From Polyangiaceae bacterium (GTDB lineage: Bacteria > Myxococcota_A > Polyangia > Polyangiales > Polyangiaceae): DNA of 23,057 nucleotides. Below are positions 16,671 to 23,057 of the stretch, one piece after another (position 1 is the stretch's first letter; every line of letters begins with the position of its first letter). The DNA is taken from the NCBI GenBank assembly GCA_033763455.1, contig JANRKO010000053.1, positions 1 to 23,057 on the forward strand. Reading direction: 5' to 3'. A program made the position numbers and the translations under genes. The notes beneath the pieces were generated by a model. That model did not search any database, had not been told where the DNA came from, and was given only the letters and a program-made list of their open reading frames with translations.

Positions 16671-17639
16671 TCAAGGCAAATGAACCGTGCCGGGCTTGAT
16701 GGTACCGACAGGCCGTTGGGGGCTAGTAGAGTCCGACTGCCCAAAGATCAGGTAACCTGAAGCCGCAGCTCCACCGGCCACTAAGACGCCGCCCGTCACC
16801 CACAGCCACGTTGGCAGCCCGCCAGAAGCTTCGGCCTCAAGCTCGGCCGTGACGGTGCGAGTTCGCCCAGGCTCGATCGTAATTTCGGCATTAAATGAGC
16901 GTTTTCCTTCGGCACGCACGGTAAGCGAATGCGCTCCTCGACTGAGCTTTCCTTGCCAAGTGCCGGTGCCCACGGCTTTTCCGTCCACCAGGATGCGATC
17001 CCCTTGGCCCGCGCGAACGATAAGTGTGCCTTGGGTAACAACCTTCTCCAATGTGACACTCACGTTGAGCTTCTCATCCCCCGAAATTTCCAGCGCTTGA
17101 GTGAATTCCTTGTAACCACTCTTCTTCACGCTGACTTGACGTTTGCCAATGTCTACAAGAAGCGGGGCCGTCAAAGGCAACCGGCCAACCGATACCCCGT
17201 CTAGAAACACTTCAGCGTCGGCAGGCGTTCCCGAAACGTTGACGCTCGAAACGAGCGGCACAATCGCCGTCATCAAGCGACTCACATCTTCTTTGTCGTC
17301 GGCGCTGAGATAGGCGCCCGCATCCTTCTCGTACACACGCAACAAACGCAGTACTTCCGCGTAGTGGCGCAATGCCTTGTGGCAGACTGCTACGTTCCAG
17401 AGCAACCGCGGATCGTTGGATGCCCGGTACGCACTCTCAAACTTCACTAAAGCTCCCGCAAAGTCTCCATCTTCGTACAAGATCTTGCCCGAAACGTAGT
17501 CGGCTTTGGGCATCCCCTTGAGAGTGTCGGTGAGCGACGGAACTTCCGGGGCGGTGGGTGTTTCCTGAGCAAACACGGCTCCGCTCATTGCCATCTGCTG
17601 CAGGAGCAACGCGAAGCTCATATATCGGTAGACCTTCAT
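16671..17639 (-). CDS. TPR + 2x PEGA domain protein with C-terminal hydrophobic segment
   Basis: Signal peptide (..AVFA-Q); TPR-like YVSGKILYEDGDFAGALVKFESAY...LLWNVAVCHKALRHY; PEGA units VNVSGTPADAEVFLDG and GTLIVRAGQGDRILVDG...GAH; hydrophobic LPTWLWVTGGVLVAGGAAASGYLIF. The RBS TAAGGG overlaps the kinase stop codon. Confidence 0.88.
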   Translation of the reverse strand: MKVYRYMSFALLLQQMAMSGAVFAQETPTAPEVPSLTDTLKGMPKADYVSGKILYEDGDFAGALVKFESAYRASNDPRLLWNVAVCHKALRHYAEVLRLLRVYEKDAGAYLSADDKEDVSRLMTAIVPLVSSVNVSGTPADAEVFLDGVSVGRLPLTAPLLVDIGKRQVSVKKSGYKEFTQALEISGDEKLNVSVTLEKVVTQGTLIVRAGQGDRILVDGKAVGTGTWQGKLSRGAHSLTVRAEGKRSFNAEITIEPGRTRTVTAELEAEASGGLPTWLWVTGGVLVAGGAAASGYLIFGQSDSTSPQRPVGTIKPGTVHLP

Positions 17640-17646
17640 GATTCCC

Positions 17647-19260
17647 TTACTTCAAGCCCATATGAAGGAGGCCATTGCCTGACACACTGGCTTCCTTAGC
17701 TTTGGGCTTTTCCGAGTTGGCCGGCGGTGCCTCCGCTTTCGCCTCGGCCGCTTTCTTTTCGTTCTTCTTGGATGCGTTCTTGCGGTGGGCCACTGGCGGC
17801 ACCTGGCTCGAAACGACGGGCGCCGTCGGTTGTTGGGCAACAGGCTTGCTGGCAGCAACTTCAGCAACAGCAGCTGTGACAGGTACAACCTGTGGGGCTG
17901 CGGCTAGTGGCACAACCGGCTCAACGTGAGGCTCCGCACTCCGTGCTGGATTGCTTTGCGATTTGGGTGGCACAGCGACAGCCGCAGCAGAAGTCACTTC
18001 TGGCTTTGATGAGCCCGCGGCCACCCCGGGTTCTGGCGAGCTCGTAGAAGCGCTCAAACGCCAAGTTGCTAGCCCCCCAAGAAGAGCCAAAACACCGAGC
18101 CCTGCCACAATGCCAAACGTTCGGCTTCCCCGCGATTGGTGGGTGAATTGCGTGGTTCCAAAGTTTGCTTCGGTGCCCTGCACACTGGCAGCGGCTATGG
18201 CACTCGCTTGAGGATCGAACGCCGTCTTATTCGGATCGTACGCGGTCTGAGTGGCCGCAACGGGGGCGGGCCTTGGACGCTCTGTTTCCTGGGCTCCACC
18301 AATCACACGACTAATATTCGAAACGATCGAGGCCGCACCCGGGATTGTGAACGGCAGGAGCGCTCGAGAGAGCTCACCCACGTTCTGAAAGCGTTGCGCC
18401 TTGTCGCGGTGCATCGCTCGAGCAATGACGCGCTCCAGTTCGCCTGGCACCTCAGGATTAAGCGACGTAATCGGGCGCGGAGCCTCCGAGATAATCGACG
18501 CGATAATGGCTGTGGAGTTGTCCCCATCAAACGGCAAATTATCGGTCAGAAGCTCGAAAATGATCACACCCAGGGCCCAGATGTCACTGCGCGCATCCAC
18601 GTCGCGCGTGGAACGGATCTGCTCGGGCGACATGTAGTGCGGCGTACCCATCACCATTTGCGTCGAAGTGAGGCCCCGCTCCCCGCTGGCATCCACGGTT
18701 GTCTTGGAGATACCAAAATCGAGCACTTTCGTGATCGGTGCGCCTCCAGCCGAACGAGTTAGAAATAGGTTCGCCGGTTTCAGATCGCGATGCACGATGC
18801 CGAGGCTGTGGGCCTCAGCCAGCGCATCACACGCTTGAATGATGTAGAGAATCGCTTCTGAAATCGGCAGCGCTCCGCGTTTCTTCAATTCGTCCGAGAG
18901 GTCGTTGCCATCAAGGTGCTCCATCACCATGAAGGGCGCACCGTTTTCGAACTCGCCCACATCGATCACCCGTGCAACGTGCTGGCTCTTGATCTTGGCG
19001 GCCGCGCGGGCTTCGCTCGCAAAGCGTTTCACCACATGGTCATGCGTCAGCGCCTCTGCATGCAGGAACTTGATGGCAACTTTCTGATCCAGCTTGAGGT
19101 GTTGAGCCGCAACAACCGTACCCATGCCCCCGGTACCGAGCACCCGCTCGACTCGGTATTTGCCATCAAGAATGTCGCCAGGCTTTGCTTCGGTGTGCAC
19201 AGAGGAGCCCCAAGGTTCACGGCCTAAGACGGCCCCTTGGCTATGCGGTTTAAGCCCCAC
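17647..19260 (-). CDS. Membrane-anchored Hanks-type Ser/Thr protein kinase
   Basis: GTGGMGTV, VAIKFL, HRDLKPAN, DFG, GTPHYMSPE and DIWALG are all intact. TM FGIVAGLGVLALLGGLATW is followed by a Pro/Ala/Lys-rich tail. Start is GTG at 19260 or 19200. Confidence 0.96.
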   Translation of the reverse strand: MGLKPHSQGAVLGREPWGSSVHTEAKPGDILDGKYRVERVLGTGGMGTVVAAQHLKLDQKVAIKFLHAEALTHDHVVKRFASEARAAAKIKSQHVARVIDVGEFENGAPFMVMEHLDGNDLSDELKKRGALPISEAILYIIQACDALAEAHSLGIVHRDLKPANLFLTRSAGGAPITKVLDFGISKTTVDASGERGLTSTQMVMGTPHYMSPEQIRSTRDVDARSDIWALGVIIFELLTDNLPFDGDNSTAIIASIISEAPRPITSLNPEVPGELERVIARAMHRDKAQRFQNVGELSRALLPFTIPGAASIVSNISRVIGGAQETERPRPAPVAATQTAYDPNKTAFDPQASAIAAASVQGTEANFGTTQFTHQSRGSRTFGIVAGLGVLALLGGLATWRLSASTSSPEPGVAAGSSKPEVTSAAAVAVPPKSQSNPARSAEPHVEPVVPLAAAPQVVPVTAAVAEVAASKPVAQQPTAPVVSSQVPPVAHRKNASKKNEKKAAEAKAEAPPANSEKPKAKEASVSGNGLLHMGLK

Positions 19261-19294
19261 CGCTTCCCGCCTACATTGTCCCCCGAAAAAACAG

Positions 19295-20701
19295 CTACTT
19301 CACGGGCTTGCCGGCGGCACCGGCAAGCCGCTCGTGGAGGCGCAACGCGTAACCCGGCTTCACCTCAGGCCGTACCCGACCCACAACCAGCGCGTTCGCA
19401 GGTACGTCCGATGTAACGGTGGAGGCAGTGGCAATGAACGCGCCATCGCCAACGTTCACGGGGGCAACTAGCTGGGAGTCACTTCCAATGAACACGCCGC
19501 GCCCGATCACCGTTTGGTGCTTCCGGTAGCCGTCATAGTTGCAGAAGATCGTTCCGGCCCCGATGTTGCTTTCCTCCCCGACGTCGCCATCTCCCAAGTA
19601 TGAAAGATGGCTGGCCTTGGCTCCACGGCGAAGGCGAGTTTTCTTCACTTCGACGAAATTGCCGACTTTGGTTTTATCGTCCAACTGGGTTCCTGGGCGC
19701 AGGTGCGCGAACGGCCCCACTTCCGCCTGAGGCCCCACCGAGCTGTCCGTGATCACGGTGTAGGGCTTAACAACGGCACCGTCAGCGATAGTTGAATCCA
19801 CAATGATGGATCCAACGTCAATCGTCACGCCGCTGCCAATCCGTGTGCTCCCGCGGAGCTCCACACCGTTTCGTATCTCTGTATCAACGCCGATCTCCAC
19901 GCCTTCTTCGATCAATGGTAAGCCACGCAGCGTTACACCATTCTTGAGGTGTTGCTCGCGGATGCGCTCGAACAAGATACTCTCCGCCTGGGCGAGTTGG
20001 CGCCGATCATTCACGCCCAGAAGCGCCGAGGGAGACCCTACGCAAGCTTTCACTTGCGACGTTCGAGAGAGGGAGGCTACCACATCTGTCAGGTAATATT
20101 CACCTTGTGCATTGGCCGGCCTGAGCTCCAAAAGTGCCTCCGCAAGTGCGCCCATGCGGGCCACATACATGCCCGCATTCACCTCTCGCACGTTCCGTTC
20201 GGCGTCGTTCGCAAGATCCCTATCTTCTCGAATTTGGGTCACTTGGCCCGAGGCATCACGCAGCACGCGCCCGTAGCCGGAAGGATCCTCCAAAACCACA
20301 CTCAGAAGTGCCAGGTTCACAGCTTCCGACTTCACCGCATCAAAAAGCGGTCCAAGGTCATTGCCAGTAACGAGCGGCGTATCCCCGCACAAGATGAGGA
20401 GCGTATCGGCCACAAGCCCTGAAATGCCGGCACGAACCGCGTCCCCTGTGCCCAACGGCTGGGGCTGCACCACCGTAGAAATGCGTTCGGCGCCGAACAG
20501 CTTTTTCAGCTTATCTCCCATCTCCTGTTCATGACGCGCACTCGCTACGACGCGCACGTGCTCCACCCCCGCCTGAAGCGCCGCACGGACCGGATAATAA
20601 ACGAGCGGCATCCCGGCGAGGCTGTGCAGCGTCTTCGGGACGCTACTTTGCATGCGCTTTCCTTCACCGGCGGCGAGAACAAGTGCGGCGATTTTTGTCA
20701 T
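19295..20701 (-). CDS. glmU: Bifunctional UDP-GlcNAc pyrophosphorylase / glucosamine-1-phosphate N-acetyltransferase
   Basis: LAAGEGKRM, QPLGTGDAV, GDTPL, GYGRV, NAQGEYYLTD, GVNDR, hexapeptide repeats, VGPFAHLRPG, GNFVEVK, HLSYLGD and CNYDG. Confidence 0.98.
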   Translation of the reverse strand: MTKIAALVLAAGEGKRMQSSVPKTLHSLAGMPLVYYPVRAALQAGVEHVRVVASARHEQEMGDKLKKLFGAERISTVVQPQPLGTGDAVRAGISGLVADTLLILCGDTPLVTGNDLGPLFDAVKSEAVNLALLSVVLEDPSGYGRVLRDASGQVTQIREDRDLANDAERNVREVNAGMYVARMGALAEALLELRPANAQGEYYLTDVVASLSRTSQVKACVGSPSALLGVNDRRQLAQAESILFERIREQHLKNGVTLRGLPLIEEGVEIGVDTEIRNGVELRGSTRIGSGVTIDVGSIIVDSTIADGAVVKPYTVITDSSVGPQAEVGPFAHLRPGTQLDDKTKVGNFVEVKKTRLRRGAKASHLSYLGDGDVGEESNIGAGTIFCNYDGYRKHQTVIGRGVFIGSDSQLVAPVNVGDGAFIATASTVTSDVPANALVVGRVRPEVKPGYALRLHERLAGAAGKPVK

Positions 20702-20774
20702 AGCGTGTGGCGTTTTGCCATCACGTCACTCAGCTGTAAAGCACCCGGCCGATCCCGCCAGCGCAGAATACGGA

Positions 20775-22796
20775 TTAGTCCGCTCGGCTGCTTGAGTCGT
20801 CTACGTCACTCGGCCTTTGGTTCGCCACGGGAGCCGTGCGCGGAAGCGGCAAGGTAAGCTCTGGTGTTTGACCGAGCGTGCTTCCGAAAACGTCATGCCC
20901 CAACGTTGCCAAACGCTTTTCGACGTAGATCACCACAGGTTCCCCCGCAGCGAGGGTTTCTGTGCGTCCACGCCGATTGACGCGCTCGATCAAGCCCTCG
21001 CTCATGCCGTAGCGCCGAGCGATCTTGGGCAGCGTATCTTCTGGGTTCGCCGCAACCACCACGCGCCGGCGACCCTTGAGGGCCTCATAATAATCGTAGA
21101 ATTCCGAGGTACCTGCGGTGAGCACGGTCACGTCTGTCCCGCGCAGAAACCGCACATTGCGTGGCGGGGCGTTCTTCTTGATGAACACCTGCAGCACCAT
21201 CTTGGACTGAAGCCGAGCGGTTTCGTCCAGAGAGTTCCACGCAACAAGCTCCTCCACCGAAACTTCGAACGCGGCAGCAATATCTGCCAATGTTTCGTCA
21301 CCGCGCACCGGATAAAAGACGCGCTCGCGGGATAGGTACGTGAACGTGCGGGGCGAAACCACAACCGGGGGCACTTCGGAGGGAGCCTCAACCTTAGCTG
21401 TCGGCTTGGGCAGCACCAGCACATCTCCCACAGACAGATCTTCATCGGGAGCCAAGCCGTTGGCGCCGCGCAACTCGCTCACGGACACCTGGCGCGATGC
21501 AGCGATCGAGGATGCCGTTTCCCCGAACTTCACTTGCAATGTTCCAACCTGCTGGCCGTCGCTCAGCTTACCCAAGCGTTGTTGCGCACGGGCGCCAGTA
21601 CCTGGTGGGACGCGTACGGGCCATAGCTTCTGACCCTTGGCTACAAGCGGCGGGAGCTTTGCTTTGATGTATTGGGGGTTCAAATCCGAAAGCGCTTTGC
21701 TCGAAACGCCCGCGGCGAACGCAATTTGGGCGAACGTAGTTCCAGCTGCCACGCGCACCGTTTCGTAGGCCTCCGGCGGGTCAAAGTCGTTGAGATTCAG
21801 CCCAAATTCATCGGGGTTATTCATGACGATGCTCATCGCCACGATCTTGGGAACGTACAGCGTTGTTTCCCAGGGCAACCCGGCTTCGTAGCGGGAGAGC
21901 TCCCAGAAATCGTTGCAGTTAAACTTGGAAATCGCGTCTCCGAGTGCACCCATGCCCATGTTGTAGGCGGCCATCGCTAGCTCCCAATTACCGAAGCGTT
22001 GCTTCAATTCCGACAGGAACTTGATGGCTGCGAGCGTAGACTTTTCGGGATCCAAGCGCTCATCCACGTAGCGATCGATCTTGAGGCCGTAATGCAGGCC
22101 CGAAGCGGGCATAAATTGCCATAGGCCAGCCGCCCCGACGCGCGAACGAATGGTAGGATTGTGCCCGCTTTCCACCAAGCTGAGCCACATCACGTCACTT
22201 GGCAAACCGGCCGAAAGAACGCGGGAGCGGAGCCGCTTTGAGAAGCGGCCACTGCGCCGCGCAAAGGCTTGAATGATGGTTTGGCCGCGTGGGTCATCGC
22301 GATAAAATTTCAGATAACGCACCACTCGCGCGTCAAGCCGAGTGGGGAAATTGGGCATCGCCACGCCGCGCAACCACGACTCCTCCACGTCCGGGTACAC
22401 GTCACGCAAAAGCGGCGGTGTGAGCACACGGCGCCCACCGAACTCCCCGTTCGGACCCTCATCCAGAAAACTAAACCCCGGCTTCACGCCCTCAAGCGGT
22501 TCGGGGAAAAGGGCGCGGTCAGCCTCTAAGAGCGCCTTCAACTCGGGATCGCTCGTTTCGGCTAGCGTGTGGGGCGGTCCCTCGTTGGGATCCGCAAGCA
22601 CCTCAGGTTGCCGCGCTTCGGTAAGCGTGTCCTCGGGAGCATCTACAGTATCCTCAGGCGCCGCGGAGCGGACACCTCTCCCTTTTCCCGGTTGGAACGC
22701 CTCTTCGCCAGCGTTTGCGTGAGCCGGCCCAGAAGCCATCAAGCTCAGACCCAGAAGCCCCCATGGCCAAAGCCTGCCGAGTCGCCAAACGCGCAT
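20775..22796 (-). CDS. MltD-like lytic transglycosylase (SLT domain + multiple LysM domains)
   Basis: Signal peptide; SLT motifs LSLVESG, AAGLWQFM, AAYNMG and ETTLYVPK; LysM-like units (VKFGETASSIA...LRGANGL...LSVGDVLVLP; YPVRGDETLADIAAAFEVSVEELVAWNSL; EDTLPKIARRYGMS). Confidence 0.93.
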   Translation of the reverse strand: MRVWRLGRLWPWGLLGLSLMASGPAHANAGEEAFQPGKGRGVRSAAPEDTVDAPEDTLTEARQPEVLADPNEGPPHTLAETSDPELKALLEADRALFPEPLEGVKPGFSFLDEGPNGEFGGRRVLTPPLLRDVYPDVEESWLRGVAMPNFPTRLDARVVRYLKFYRDDPRGQTIIQAFARRSGRFSKRLRSRVLSAGLPSDVMWLSLVESGHNPTIRSRVGAAGLWQFMPASGLHYGLKIDRYVDERLDPEKSTLAAIKFLSELKQRFGNWELAMAAYNMGMGALGDAISKFNCNDFWELSRYEAGLPWETTLYVPKIVAMSIVMNNPDEFGLNLNDFDPPEAYETVRVAAGTTFAQIAFAAGVSSKALSDLNPQYIKAKLPPLVAKGQKLWPVRVPPGTGARAQQRLGKLSDGQQVGTLQVKFGETASSIAASRQVSVSELRGANGLAPDEDLSVGDVLVLPKPTAKVEAPSEVPPVVVSPRTFTYLSRERVFYPVRGDETLADIAAAFEVSVEELVAWNSLDETARLQSKMVLQVFIKKNAPPRNVRFLRGTDVTVLTAGTSEFYDYYEALKGRRRVVVAANPEDTLPKIARRYGMSEGLIERVNRRGRTETLAAGEPVVIYVEKRLATLGHDVFGSTLGQTPELTLPLPRTAPVANQRPSDVDDSSSRAD

Positions 22797-23057
22797 ACCA
22801 ACGCTTTAGGTACCTCCCGCCCAAAGGGTGGTCAAATATATGGCAATTTCGACGGGTCGCGGCGCGGGTGCTCGCGGCCGACCTTGATCCACCCGCCCAA
22901 CTTGTGGGACCGGGAACCCATGTGCGTCACGAAGCTGCAGCTGACCAGCGGGTGCCGGCCTGGAGACGATCCGGGTCGAAGTCTCGTCAGCGGAAATACC
23001 GAAAGGTCGTTGTATCGAGTCTTGCGTCTTGCATCGCGAGGTGCCGGGCGAAGCGTA

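Noticed and set aside
17647..19260. Kinase ORF both starts and ends with MGLK
   Set aside because: The codons differ (GTGGGGCTTAAA versus ATGGGCTTGAAG), the start is uncertain and the match is only 4 aa; most likely coincidence.
22825..22900. tmRNA, 6S RNA or cobalamin/c-di-nucleotide riboswitch, prompted by TTCGACGGG and CCCGC..ACT.GTG-like words
   Set aside because: The flanking consensus elements (tmRNA 5' GGGG..GA acceptor arm, B12 box, GEMM/ydaO cores) are absent.
1..23057. CRISPR array, rRNA, tRNA, integrase, reverse transcriptase or DGR template/variable repeat
   Set aside because: No regularly spaced DNA repeats, RNA-gene signatures or RT/integrase motifs were seen. The repeats in the giant gene are conserved at the protein level with synonymous divergence, not adenine-specific variation.

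Overview
GC-rich bacterial window whose gene content (Hanks-type Ser/Thr kinase, TPR-PEGA proteins, Cys-rich lipoproteins with Gly-rich spacers) points to a myxobacterium, probably Polyangia; this is inferred. From left to right: (i) the left end of an IS66-family element (IR plus partial tnpA), absent from the ORF track; (ii) a ~1571-aa lipoprotein with three tandem receptor-L-domain-like beta-solenoids, divergent from a 35-Cys secreted/lipoprotein and a TPR-3xPEGA protein; (iii) a hypothetical protein that looks like a single, shortened TolC/OEP repeat; (iv) a small accessory insert made of a 5'-truncated PIN-toxin remnant (also missed by the ORF track) and an AAA_14/DUF4143 ATPase; (v) housekeeping genes ribF, holA and ribA plus a Rho_N/TPR hypothetical; (vi) a minus-strand run of mltD-like LysM transglycosylase, glmU, membrane Ser/Thr kinase, TPR-2xPEGA protein and a disulfide-stapled beta-propeller lipoprotein. 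The best candidate for an undescribed system is the 'TPR-PEGA protein + modular Cys-rich lipoprotein (+/- kinase)' cassette, which occurs twice here and may be a trans-envelope display or signalling module. No rRNA, tRNA or CRISPR array was seen. All domain calls come from reading motifs by eye, not from database searches.
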